This document shows, one piece after another, positions 1 to 8,215 of a stretch of 16,901 nt of DNA. Positions within the stretch are counted from its first letter, which is position 1; the number at the start of each line of letters is the position of its first letter. This DNA comes from a virus, in IMG/VR virus record IMGVR_UViG_3300035703_000557. The stretch is one strand, 5' to 3'. Below the pieces are notes generated by a model. That model did no database searches, had not been told where the DNA came from, and was given only the letters and a program-made list of their open reading frames with translations. A program made the translations under genes and the position numbers.

Positions 1-1491
1 CAGCGGTGCCGGATGCTCAAGTTCGAGCTCCTGCCTTGGCAGGTGCACGCGGCGACGGTGCTGATGGCCCGCCGGCGGGCGGACGACGGCACCCCGGCTA
101 CGCGCTACGCCCTGTGGGTGGTCGCCCGCGGGGCAGGGAAGACGGGCCTCGTCACGGCCCTCCTCGAGTGGATGCTGTGGGAGGGGACCGACCTCGAGGT
201 GTGCTGCGTCGCCACCCAGCAAGACAAGGCGAACATCATCCACGGGCGCATCCAGAAGATGCACCGCGGGGAGGATCGGTGGCGGTTTGTCGGCGGGGGC
301 GGTGCCACCAGCATCGGCCTGATCGAGCACAAGAAGGCGACGCTCAAGGCCATGCCGTGCACGGACAACGCCATGGACGGCATCACCCCGCGGCTGGTGA
401 TCGCGGACGAGGCCGCCCGCATGGACGCCGCAATCCTGCGGGCCATGTCTAGCGTCACCAAGACCCGCACGGGGCAGATGCTGTTCATCACGACCCCCGA
501 CCGGGACCAAAAGACCCGCGAGCTGTGGCCCTACTGGGAGGCCTGCGAGATCGCCCTTGACCAGGACGAGGCCCTGCCCGAAGGGTGGTGGGCGCTGCTG
601 TGGGGCATGGACCCGACCGACGAACCCGACTCCGACCTTGCGGTGCACCACGCCAACCCGTCTGCCGGCGTGCTGATCTCCGTCCGGGACATCCGGACCA
701 AGATTCAGAACGCGCTGAAAACGGCGGACCCAAAGGCCCGGGAGGAGACCTGGCTGCAGGAGCTGGCCACGTTCACCGACGACCTCGCCGGTGCGCTTCC
801 CCTCGAGCTGCTGGACCGCATCTCGGTGGATACCGATTGGGAGATGCTGGAGGGGGCACCCGGCGTGGTGGCGGTGGACTTCAGCCAGGGCGGGTTCTTC
901 TCGGGGTCGCAGTGCGACCTCACCAGCATGTGCGTCGCAGTGTGGGATGGCAGCAAGGTGCACACCCGCGGCTACCACTGGTGGGCCGGCGCGGACATGG
1001 CGCACGACGAGCGGCGCACCCGGCAGCCGCTGGCGCGGTGGGTGCAGGACGGGCACCTGAGCGTGTCCGGGCCGACCATCGACTTTGACGCCGTCGAGGC
1101 CCGCTTGGTCGACGTCTGCCGCCGGTACGACGTCAAAGCGTTCGTCGCCGACCCAGTGGGCAAGGCGTCCGCCTGGGCCGCGCAGATGGAACGCAAGCAC
1201 GGGTGGCGCTGGCACAAGGCCCCGCAGACCATCGTGTGGATGGGCGGCGGGTGGGCCATATGGCAGAACTGGGTGCGTTCCGAGCAACTACGCTGCAAGC
1301 CTGACCCGGTGCTGCGGAGCTGCCTGGCGTCTGCCCGTCTCTACGTGGGCCTCACGGGGCTTGCCATGCCGGTCAAGCAGCGCAGCACCAGCAACATCGA
1401 CGCAGTCACCGCGCAGGTCATGGCCGCCCGTGTCCTGCACGACCTCGAGATCATGGGCGGCAGCATGTACGAATCCCAGCCGGGATTCTGA
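1..1491 (+). CDS. terL: Terminase large subunit, C-terminal 496 codons; the gene starts at about 16541 and crosses the circular junction
   Basis: The frame is open from base 1, so Met at 13 is internal. It carries LLPWQ, a Walker A-like VARGAGKTG and a Walker B-like RLVIADEAARM, which matches Terminase_1-type large subunits. The upstream 78 codons sit in the same frame at 16541-16774. Stop codon is 1489-1491. Confidence 0.9.
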   Translation, partial: QRCRMLKFELLPWQVHAATVLMARRRADDGTPATRYALWVVARGAGKTGLVTALLEWMLWEGTDLEVCCVATQQDKANIIHGRIQKMHRGEDRWRFVGGGGATSIGLIEHKKATLKAMPCTDNAMDGITPRLVIADEAARMDAAILRAMSSVTKTRTGQMLFITTPDRDQKTRELWPYWEACEIALDQDEALPEGWWALLWGMDPTDEPDSDLAVHHANPSAGVLISVRDIRTKIQNALKTADPKAREETWLQELATFTDDLAGALPLELLDRISVDTDWEMLEGAPGVVAVDFSQGGFFSGSQCDLTSMCVAVWDGSKVHTRGYHWWAGADMAHDERRTRQPLARWVQDGHLSVSGPTIDFDAVEARLVDVCRRYDVKAFVADPVGKASAWAAQMERKHGWRWHKAPQTIVWMGGGWAIWQNWVRSEQLRCKPDPVLRSCLASARLYVGLTGLAMPVKQRSTSNIDAVTAQVMAARVLHDLEIMGGSMYESQPGF

Positions 1492-1502
1492 AAGGTAGCA
1501 GC

Positions 1503-1844
1503 ATGAAAAAGAAGGACATTGTCGTACGACTCAGACAGACTGGCGGACTCGATGACAAGCTGCTCAAGGAAGCAGCCGACGCTATCGAGGCATTGCGGAA
1601 ACAGTCAGGAACGCTTGCGGAACATACGTATCGCCTTCGAAACGAGAAGCAGCAGCTCATAGCCGAACGTGATTGGGCTCGCCGAGCTGTGTGCCGAATG
1701 GACGCTCTGATAAGGGTCACAAAGTGCGACGAATACGTGCAGATGAACATGCACGGCCTAGGAGAACTCGTTCACACGACGCCAGAAGAAATCGCATCCG
1801 AGAGGAAGTGGGACTGCTTTGGGGGTGCACATGAGCGAACGTGA
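1503..1844 (+). CDS. Hypothetical protein (113 aa), helical or coiled-coil, in a low-GC island
   Basis: ATG start with AAAGG 8 nt upstream. Local GC is about 50% (30/60 by hand for 1501-1560) against about 70-78% in flanking genes. I recognise no catalytic motif. Confidence 0.55.
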   Translation: MKKKDIVVRLRQTGGLDDKLLKEAADAIEALRKQSGTLAEHTYRLRNEKQQLIAERDWARRAVCRMDALIRVTKCDEYVQMNMHGLGELVHTTPEEIASERKWDCFGGAHERT

Positions 1845-2046
1845 CCAAATGGCGGCAGCGATGCTGCAAGTCATTTTCAACACCTGTTCCAACTGGACAG
1901 GGTGTCAGGAAGATCAAGACGATTGGTACTGGGACGACATGGAATCTGCAGCCGAAGTCGCATACCGGTTGGCCGATGCGATGATGATGGCAAGCTACTC
2001 AACCAAGCAGGAGACGAAATGTACGGCTGCTGTAGACCGAAAGTGA
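1831..2046 (+). CDS. Hypothetical small acidic protein (71 aa)
   Basis: ATG at 1831 follows GGGGGT. The ORF track gives a TTG start at 1819. It overlaps the previous ORF by 14 nt and lies in the same low-GC island. The C-terminal AYRLADAMMMA resembles a motif common in small phage proteins; this is from memory and unverified. Confidence 0.45.
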   Translation: MSERDQMAAAMLQVIFNTCSNWTGCQEDQDDWYWDDMESAAEVAYRLADAMMMASYSTKQETKCTAAVDRK

Positions 2047-2072
2047 TTTAGTGTCTACGCGCTGACTACGGG

Positions 2073-3275
2073 GTGTACTCACATGACCTTGATCAGCGCG
2101 GACACCATGCGCAGCATGGTGCCGTGTCGATCTGGTCCCAGTTCATGCGCTGGTTTTGGCCCACACAGATGGTGTGGTTCAGTGCTTCCGGCGCACGGCA
2201 CCTGAATGCGGACCTGCTCGGCGTGCCCGCGATCATGCGGGCGATCTCGCTCATCTCGACGGACTCGGCGAGGCTGGACATGGTCGTCCACCGTCGCGAC
2301 GGATCGGTGGTGGCCGATTCGCCCGCGCTGACCCTCCTCGAAGGCGAGACCGCCTCACTGCTCTCGGGATTCGAGCTGCGGCGCTGGCTCGCCTCGTCCG
2401 CGCTGACCTACGGAAACGGGTTCCTGTGGATCCGCCGCGATACCGGCACGGGTGAGCCGGTCGCGCTGGACCCCGTCGACCCGACCGTCGTCAGCGTCCG
2501 ACTCGAGGCCGGCGAGGCCGTCTACGTCGTGCACGACAAGGTCGTGGACGACAGCAACCTGGTGCACGTCCGGGCCTTCCCGGATCCCACCTCGCCCTGG
2601 CTCGGCGTTTCGCCGATCACCCAGTGCCGCCGCGTGCTCTCCACGCAGGCCATCATCGACCAGGTCGCCGAGGAGCTGGCCAAGACCGGCTACGTCGGGA
2701 AGCTCGGCATCGAGCACCCCGGCCCGCTGACCGCCAACGCCCGCAATCAGATGCGGGAGAAGTGGCTTGAGCAGCACCACGGCGGCGAGAAGATCGCGTC
2801 GCCCGCGTTCTTCGGCGAAGGCATGAAGGCTGCGCAGCTGGCCGCCGACGCGGCAGGCCGGCTGCTCGACGCCAAGCGGCACGGGGTTGAGGACGTGGCG
2901 CGTGCCTTCGGCATGCCGCCGCAGCTTCTGTACCAGGGCGAAGGGCGCAGCCAGCCCGAGACGGCGCAGGCGTACGTCACGCACTGCCTTGCACCGTTCG
3001 TGGCCGGCATTGACAGGGAGCTCACGCGAAAGCTGCTTCCGCCCGGCCAGATGCTGCACACGGACCTCACCCCGATCACCATCGGCGACTTCCGCACGGC
3101 CGGCCGCGCCTACGCGCAGCTCGTCCAGGTGGGGGTGCTCGCCCCCAACGACGCACGCCGCCGCATGGGCCTCGAGCCGTGGCCCGGACTCGACGAGCCG
3201 AAGCCCGTGATCTCGGGCGTCGACCCCAATCAGAACAACCAGCAGGACGAGGAGCCCGCCGATGCAGCAGCTTGA
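2073..3275 (+). CDS. Portal protein, HK97 family
   Basis: 400-aa ORF directly after the terminase region. SGxxxNADLLGVPAIMRAISLISTDSARLDMVVHRR and NGFLWIRRD look like Phage_portal (HK97-type). Position before the protease/capsid gene fits. The start is uncertain: GTG 2073 or in-frame starts about 50-70 nt downstream. Confidence 0.85.
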   Translation: MYSHDLDQRGHHAQHGAVSIWSQFMRWFWPTQMVWFSASGARHLNADLLGVPAIMRAISLISTDSARLDMVVHRRDGSVVADSPALTLLEGETASLLSGFELRRWLASSALTYGNGFLWIRRDTGTGEPVALDPVDPTVVSVRLEAGEAVYVVHDKVVDDSNLVHVRAFPDPTSPWLGVSPITQCRRVLSTQAIIDQVAEELAKTGYVGKLGIEHPGPLTANARNQMREKWLEQHHGGEKIASPAFFGEGMKAAQLAADAAGRLLDAKRHGVEDVARAFGMPPQLLYQGEGRSQPETAQAYVTHCLAPFVAGIDRELTRKLLPPGQMLHTDLTPITIGDFRTAGRAYAQLVQVGVLAPNDARRRMGLEPWPGLDEPKPVISGVDPNQNNQQDEEPADAAA

Positions 3276-5001
3276 GGTCCGCACCGCGGCCATCGGCGGC
3301 GTCGAAGGCCGCACCCTGACCGGCTACGCCGCGCTCTACAACACGTGGAGCAAGCCGCTGATAAGCATGAAGGGGGAGTTCCGGGAGCAGATCGCCCCTG
3401 GTGCGTTCTCCGGCCAGACGGACAACGTCTCGCTGTTCTACATGCACGACTCGAAGCAGGTGCTCGCGAACACCAAGAGCGGCACGCTGGTGCTCGAGAG
3501 CGACGACAAGGGACTGCGATACACGGCCACGCTCGGGGAGAACACCCGAGACGAGGCGGTGCTTGACCAGGTCCGTCGCGGCCTGCTCACGGAGATGAGC
3601 TTCGGCTTCCGCGTCCCGGAAGGCGGAGACAGCTGGAAGGGACGCGACCGCACGCTGAAGCGTGTGGAGCTCAGGGAAGTGAGCGTCGTCGAGGTCGGTG
3701 CCTACAGCGGCACCTCCGCCGAGGCGCGACAGGAAACGCAACCAACACCACGGAAGGCACCAACAGTCATGGTCAGCAATCTCACGCTCCGCGAAGTCCG
3801 CACCAAGCTCACCGAGCTTGAGCAGCGCAAGTCCGACACCAACCTCTCCGAGGACGCCCGCGCCGACATCGGCTGCGAGATCGAGGAGCTGCGCGAGATC
3901 CGCAAGACGCTGCTCGAGCGTGACGCGGGCGTGCAGGTGGCGGCGACCCCGGCGCGGCGCACCGAGGAGCGGCGCGAGGCGGCCGCCGAGTGGCGCTCGT
4001 CGCGTGAGTACGAGTCGTCCTGGCGCGGCTGGCTGCGCGGCGGCCCGGCCCCCGAGCAGCGCGAGATCATCTCGACGGCCTCGTCGTCGATCCTGATCCC
4101 GAAGCAGACCGAGGAGCAGATCCTCAAGTACATCTCGGCCGAGTCCATCGCCCAGCGTGTGTGCGACTTCCGCACCGTCCGCCAGGGCGACGCCACGCTG
4201 CGCTGGAACACGCTGGAGTCGACCCAGTACACCAACGCCTGGAGCCCGCCGGACACCGGCACGACGGCGGCCACGGACATCGACCCCGGCTTCGCCGAGG
4301 TGTCGCTGAAGCCGCTGCCCATCCTGCCCAAGACGCAGGTGTCGGAGCAGCTGATCAAGTCCGCCAACTTCGACGTCGAGGCGGAGGTCATGGACAACCT
4401 GATGCGGCAGTTCGCCAAGATGAGCGAGGCCGGCTTCATGGCGGGGGTCACGAACGGCCCGAGCAACGCGCTGTTCACCGTCCAGACGGGCACCAACATC
4501 ACCACCGCGACCTCGACGGGCACCAGCCGTGCGCTCGCCGTCACCGCGGCGGCCACCGTCGCCAACCTGATGGACATGCGCTACACGCAGCTCCCCGCGG
4601 CGTACTGGGGCTCTGCGTCGTGGATCCTGCCGAAGGACGTCTACGCCAAGATCGCCGACATCCGCGCCGCGCCGACGGGCAGCAACGTGCCCATCTTCGT
4701 GCCGAGCTCGGACGCCGGCCTGACGCAGGGCGCCAGCGGGTTCCTGCTCGGCCTGCCGGTGTACGTCACGGACTTCCTGCCGACGCACGTTTCGACGGCG
4801 TCCACGGGCAAGAACTGCCTGGCGCTCCTGGGCAACTTCCGAGACAGCTACGCCATCCGGTCGTGGGAAGGCATGACGATGCGGCGTGACGACCTCACCG
4901 CCGCCAACTCGGCCCGCATCGTGTTCCGCGGCTTCGGCTGGGCCAACGCGGCGTTCACCCGCGCCAAGGCCATGGTGCAGCTGCAGGTCACGAACGCCTG
5001 A
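3262..5001 (+). CDS. Prohead protease - delta (scaffold-like) - HK97-fold major capsid protein, fused in a single ORF
   Basis: Residues 1-150 look like an HK97 gp4-type prohead protease. Candidate catalytic residues are His62 (LFYMHD) and Ser113 (LTEMSFGF), spaced as in HK97 gp4. Residues about 170-250 are charged coiled coil (LTELEQRKSD...EIEELREIRKTLLERD). Residues about 260-579 resemble an HK97-type capsid protein. There is no stop anywhere between these parts. Confidence 0.85.
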   Translation: MQQLEVRTAAIGGVEGRTLTGYAALYNTWSKPLISMKGEFREQIAPGAFSGQTDNVSLFYMHDSKQVLANTKSGTLVLESDDKGLRYTATLGENTRDEAVLDQVRRGLLTEMSFGFRVPEGGDSWKGRDRTLKRVELREVSVVEVGAYSGTSAEARQETQPTPRKAPTVMVSNLTLREVRTKLTELEQRKSDTNLSEDARADIGCEIEELREIRKTLLERDAGVQVAATPARRTEERREAAAEWRSSREYESSWRGWLRGGPAPEQREIISTASSSILIPKQTEEQILKYISAESIAQRVCDFRTVRQGDATLRWNTLESTQYTNAWSPPDTGTTAATDIDPGFAEVSLKPLPILPKTQVSEQLIKSANFDVEAEVMDNLMRQFAKMSEAGFMAGVTNGPSNALFTVQTGTNITTATSTGTSRALAVTAAATVANLMDMRYTQLPAAYWGSASWILPKDVYAKIADIRAAPTGSNVPIFVPSSDAGLTQGASGFLLGLPVYVTDFLPTHVSTASTGKNCLALLGNFRDSYAIRSWEGMTMRRDDLTAANSARIVFRGFGWANAAFTRAKAMVQLQVTNA

Positions 5002-5022
5002 TTCATCCTCCATGCACGGCCA

Positions 5023-5051
5023 GGGGGTGAGGCTCCACGCGCCTCACCCCC
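5023..5051 (+). terminator. GC-rich hairpin directly after the capsid gene; possible intrinsic terminator or attenuator without a U-tract
   Basis: GGGGGTGAGGC (5023-5033), 7-nt loop, GCCTCACCCCC (5041-5051). This is a perfect 11-bp stem starting 22 nt after the stop at 4999-5001. Confidence 0.5.
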
Positions 5052-5069
5052 TCGGCCGGGAGCCACCCG

Positions 5070-5348
5070 ATGCCGGTACCACCGACCGTCAGCGACCTTC
5101 GCGGCTGGCTCAAGCGGCCACACACGGAGGACGACGCGCAGATCCACCAGGCACTGGTGGCCGTGCTGTCGAAGTGGAAGGCCGCGACGGGCCGCACGGA
5201 GCTGCAGCTCACCGAGGAGGAGTACCTCGCCATGCGCATGGAGGTCGCGCACGTGGAGTCATTCCGCGGCGACGACGTCGTCACGCCGCAGTCGCCGCTG
5301 TTCGTGGAGACGGTCAGGCGCATGCACAACGGGAACGCGGTGGGGTGA
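5070..5348 (+). CDS. Head-tail connector (gp6-like)
   Basis: 92 aa with GGGAG 8 nt upstream. The N-terminal VSDLRGWLK...DDAQI..AL.AV pattern and the position right after the capsid gene fit gp6-like connector proteins. Confidence 0.6.
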   Translation: MPVPPTVSDLRGWLKRPHTEDDAQIHQALVAVLSKWKAATGRTELQLTEEEYLAMRMEVAHVESFRGDDVVTPQSPLFVETVRRMHNGNAVG

Positions 5349-5351
5349 GCG

Positions 5352-5687
5352 ATGGCCGGCGCAGGCTATTTCCGCCAAGTGCTGACGGTGCAGAACCCCG
5401 TCACGACGGTCGACGCGTACGGGCAGGGCTCCGAGGCGTGGGTCACGACCGGGATCATCCGCGGCCACCTCGAGCAGGTCACCAGTGCCGAGGTGGTTGA
5501 TGACGGCGGGCCAGCCGTCCGGCAGGAGTTCTCAATCGAGGCAACCTGGGCACCGAACGTCACCTCGCGCAGCCGGCTGGTGTGGAACGACAACGGCACC
5601 AGCCGCACGCTGAACCTCCGAAGCTGCCATGACGTCGACTCTCGCCGCAAGCGCCTGCGCATGCAGGCCGTCGAGGTGCGGGCATGA
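5352..5687 (+). CDS. Head closure / head-tail adaptor protein
   Basis: 111 aa. The pattern FRQVLTVQNP...VDAYGQGSEAWVT...IRGHLEQVTSAEV...EFSIEATW...SRSRLVW matches the SPP1 gp16 / Phage_H_T_join type family. Confidence 0.75.
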   Translation: MAGAGYFRQVLTVQNPVTTVDAYGQGSEAWVTTGIIRGHLEQVTSAEVVDDGGPAVRQEFSIEATWAPNVTSRSRLVWNDNGTSRTLNLRSCHDVDSRRKRLRMQAVEVRA

Positions 5688-6406
5688 GCGAGATCCGCTA
5701 CAAGATCGACGACGCGGAGGTGCGCAAGGTGCTGTCCAGCCTGCCGCGCAACGTGGCGCAACGCGTACAGAAGAAGGGCATGCGGACGGCCCTGCAGCCG
5801 GTCAGGGACCACCTGCGGCAGCTGTGGCGCAACGCCCAGTTCCGCGGCAAGACGCCCCACCGCAAGGCCATCGCCAGCGCGACCAAGATCGACGTACGCC
5901 GCCATGGATCCGGTCCCCGGGCGGTGATCGCCGGCGAGCTCGGCGTGGTCTACGGACGAAAGGGCGGGGCAGGGGCCAAGGGACGGCAGAAGGTGTGGCA
6001 CCTGCTCGAGCACGGGTTCCGGCATTTCGGCGGCTCGGGCGGCATCTACCTGGGCCGATCGGCCGCCGCGCAGGCCGAGGCAGGAAGCCGGCGGGCGTTC
6101 ATCAAGACCGAGCGTGACCGCGTCATGCAGCAGTTCAAGGGCAATTCCTTTGAGGTGCGGCAGCAGCGTGGGCAGGCCATGAAGGCCGTGTTCGCCGCCG
6201 CCCGTGAACGGTTCCAGGCGTACGCCGCCGACGCCCAGGAGCGCAGGCTAAGGATCAAGAACGTCCGCAGCTCGGGCGCAGGCCGCAACCTGCCGGGCCG
6301 CAAGCTCTCGACCACGTACATCCGCCGCAACATGCGCCGGATCCTCAACGCAATCTCGCAGCAGACGCTGCTCGAGGCCCGTGCGGCGCTGCGAGGCCAG
6401 CCGTGA
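5684..6406 (+). CDS. HK97 gp10-like neck/tail component with a long basic C-terminal extension
   Basis: ATGA overlap with the upstream gene. The N-terminal half (VRKVLSSLPRNVAQRV...WHLLEHGFRH) resembles the gp10 family. The C-terminal 120 aa or so are Arg/Lys/Gln-rich and look helical. Confidence 0.5.
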   Translation: MSEIRYKIDDAEVRKVLSSLPRNVAQRVQKKGMRTALQPVRDHLRQLWRNAQFRGKTPHRKAIASATKIDVRRHGSGPRAVIAGELGVVYGRKGGAGAKGRQKVWHLLEHGFRHFGGSGGIYLGRSAAAQAEAGSRRAFIKTERDRVMQQFKGNSFEVRQQRGQAMKAVFAAARERFQAYAADAQERRLRIKNVRSSGAGRNLPGRKLSTTYIRRNMRRILNAISQQTLLEARAALRGQP

Positions 6407-6801
6407 GCTTGCCCGAGGTCGTGGCTGCCGTCCGCGCCCGCGCTGCGGTCGCGACGTCAAAGGTCTACCCAGGCATGCGCGTCGCCGGCAAGACGACGCC
6501 GTGCATCGTCTACAACGTCGACCTGTCTGCGACCATGTTCCTGCCGGGGTCCATCGGAAGCAAGCACCATTGGAACGGCACGCTGACGGCGACCTGCATC
6601 GCTGACACGCTCGATGCGGCGACCGACCTTGCGTACGAGCTGGCCAAAGCGTTTGGCAGCGGGCCGTACACCCACACCGGCTGCAAGCTGGTCGCGCACG
6701 AAATGTCGTTCTCAACCGGGACCGAGCTGCCGGATGACGGCCAGCAGGACGCCGAGCGCACGGTCACCGTCACGATCAACCTCCAAGCACAGGAAACCTG
6801 A
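6403..6801 (+). CDS. Tail terminator / tail completion-like protein
   Basis: GTGA overlap with the upstream gene. 132 aa. VYPGMRVAGKTTPCIVYNV resembles DUF3168-type proteins. It sits between the gp10-like gene and the major tail protein. Confidence 0.4.
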   Translation: MSLPEVVAAVRARAAVATSKVYPGMRVAGKTTPCIVYNVDLSATMFLPGSIGSKHHWNGTLTATCIADTLDAATDLAYELAKAFGSGPYTHTGCKLVAHEMSFSTGTELPDDGQQDAERTVTVTINLQAQET

Positions 6802-6803
6802 CT

Positions 6804-7196
6804 ATGGGCTACATCATGGGATACGGCGGCACCGTTCAGCTGAATTTCAACAGCGGCGGTGCAACGACGTGGCCGGTACGGAACATTCAGATTCAGGTCG
6901 AGCGAGCGTCGCTGGACGTGACGCTGGTCTCGGATTGGACAGAAAAGCGGCGACCTGGCCGCGTCCGCCGGACGGTGAGCTTCGACCTGCTGGCGCAGGA
7001 TGCATCGATCGATGACCCAGTGCGCGAGCACATCTACCCGACGTCGCTTGCAAACGCGGTCAATCGTTCGGTCGTGGTCGCGTTCAGCGATCAAGCAGGA
7101 AAGGCGTACACGATCACTGGGCACATTACCTCTGCCAGCCGCACCGACGACGGTACTGGGGCAGCGGTGTGGTCCCTCAGCGTGGACGAGGCCTGA
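6804..7196 (+). CDS. Major tail protein candidate (130 aa)
   Basis: The call is positional: after the tail-terminator-like gene and before the chaperone-position ORFs and the tape-measure candidate. AGGAAA lies upstream. The sequence looks beta-rich. No diagnostic motif. Confidence 0.5.
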   Translation: MGYIMGYGGTVQLNFNSGGATTWPVRNIQIQVERASLDVTLVSDWTEKRRPGRVRRTVSFDLLAQDASIDDPVREHIYPTSLANAVNRSVVVAFSDQAGKAYTITGHITSASRTDDGTGAAVWSLSVDEA

Positions 7197-7498
7197 TGCC
7201 GCTGGACGTCTCCCAGTTCATGGCCAAGTCCCGCCGCGTGGTCGACCCCGACCTCGGCCCGCTGGTCGTGCGCGAGCCCACCATGGCGGACTACCGCCGG
7301 GCGGCGAACGACCCGTGGTGGTGGGCGGCCTGCCTGTCTTGCGAGGACGGCACGCCGCTGCTGGCCGATCCGGCCGACCTCGGCAGGCTGTCGGCCGACG
7401 TGTCGACCAGGCTGTGGGAGCAGGTGAACGCACCGCACCCTACTCAGCCGCCACCCGGCGGCTGTGGCGAATCGCAAGCCCGGAGCAGCGAGACATGA
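7196..7498 (+). CDS. Tail assembly chaperone candidate (G-like, 100 aa)
   Basis: TGATG 1-nt overlap with the preceding gene. Position immediately upstream of the tape-measure candidate. A second ORF follows in the -1 frame. Confidence 0.45.
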   Translation: MPLDVSQFMAKSRRVVDPDLGPLVVREPTMADYRRAANDPWWWAACLSCEDGTPLLADPADLGRLSADVSTRLWEQVNAPHPTQPPPGGCGESQARSSET

Positions 7499-7662
7499 TG
7501 CCCATCGCCCTGGCATCCTCTGAGATGACCACGCTGGAACGCTGCGAGTTCCTGCTCGGGGTAATCGCGTGCTCGCAGACCAACAAGCGCCCGCAGGAGC
7601 TGTTCCCGTGGGTGAAGGCCGGCCTCGCCGAGTTTGACCGGGAGGTGCTCCGTGGCGCGTGA
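7495..7662 (+). CDS. Second chaperone-position ORF (T-like, 55 aa), in the -1 frame relative to 7196-7498
   Basis: The ATG at 7495 overlaps the TGA at 7496-7498 (ATGA). The -1 frame is open through the whole upstream ORF, so a G-T fusion is also possible. Confidence 0.35.
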   Translation: MMPIALASSEMTTLERCEFLLGVIACSQTNKRPQELFPWVKAGLAEFDREVLRGA

Positions 7663-8215
7663 AATGAAGGCAGTCATCCGCGCCGAGATGGACCCGAGCG
7701 GCGTGGTCAAGGGCGTCGCCCGCGCCCAGGCGGAGCTGCGCAAGCTCAACGCCGCAGCGGCTGCGACCGCCGTCAACACGGGCGTCACGGCAGCCATCAC
7801 CGCCGCGCAGATCGCCGCCCGCATCGGAAGCCAGGTCATCAACGCCGCAGGCAACCGCGTGCAGAGCCTGACGCAGATCGCGACCTCCTACAACCTGCAG
7901 GCCGCCAACGCCGCCACGCAGGCGCAGATCGCCGACTTTGCCCGCAACAAGCAACTGGCGGCTGCCCTCGGACCGGACGTCGCCCGCGGCATCGCCGAGC
8001 AGACCCGGATCAAGGATGCCGACGCCATGCGGGTGATCCGTGATCCATTGATGGGGCCGGGATTGGCCAGCTCCATGGCAATCGGAGCCAACAGGGACGC
8101 GCTGGTGAACGAGGGACTTGACCAGGCCATCGGCACGGCGGGCCTGTCCGACAACGTCGCCGCCATCCGCAAGATGCTTGATGAGCTCCGGCAGAGCTTC
8201 AGGATGCCGTTCTGA
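7652..8215 (+). CDS. Tape measure protein candidate, unusually short (187 aa)
   Basis: GGGAGG at 7640-7645 sits 6 nt before GTG 7652. An alternative ATG is at 7664. The sequence is Ala/Gln-rich and looks helical. It follows the chaperone pair and precedes the minor tail genes. Confidence 0.5.
   Translation: MAREMKAVIRAEMDPSGVVKGVARAQAELRKLNAAAAATAVNTGVTAAITAAQIAARIGSQVINAAGNRVQSLTQIATSYNLQAANAATQAQIADFARNKQLAAALGPDVARGIAEQTRIKDADAMRVIRDPLMGPGLASSMAIGANRDALVNEGLDQAIGTAGLSDNVAAIRKMLDELRQSFRMPF

Noticed and set aside
1-127. The terminal repeat as att sites, an LTR or a biological DTR.
   Set aside because: The repeat lies inside the terL coding sequence and preserves its frame, and there is no integrase. 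The exact 127-nt length fits a k-mer overlap. A true DTR cannot be fully excluded without reads.
3076-5013. 645-aa minus-strand ORF antisense to the protease-capsid gene. Similar cases are 2355-3314 (-), 7888-9312 (-) and 5366-6025 (-).
   Set aside because: The translations are Arg/Gly/Pro/Ala-rich and low-complexity, with no recognisable motifs. They are exactly antisense to genes with strong family signatures. Long shadow ORFs are expected on the opposite strand in DNA of about 70% GC.
7196-7498. A canonical -1 slippery heptamer for a G-T chaperone fusion.
   Set aside because: I scanned all in-frame codon triplets by eye and found no X XXY YYZ. The nearest candidates (a CCC GGC, c CCC GAC) do not allow re-pairing. 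The frameshift is therefore left as unproven rather than annotated.
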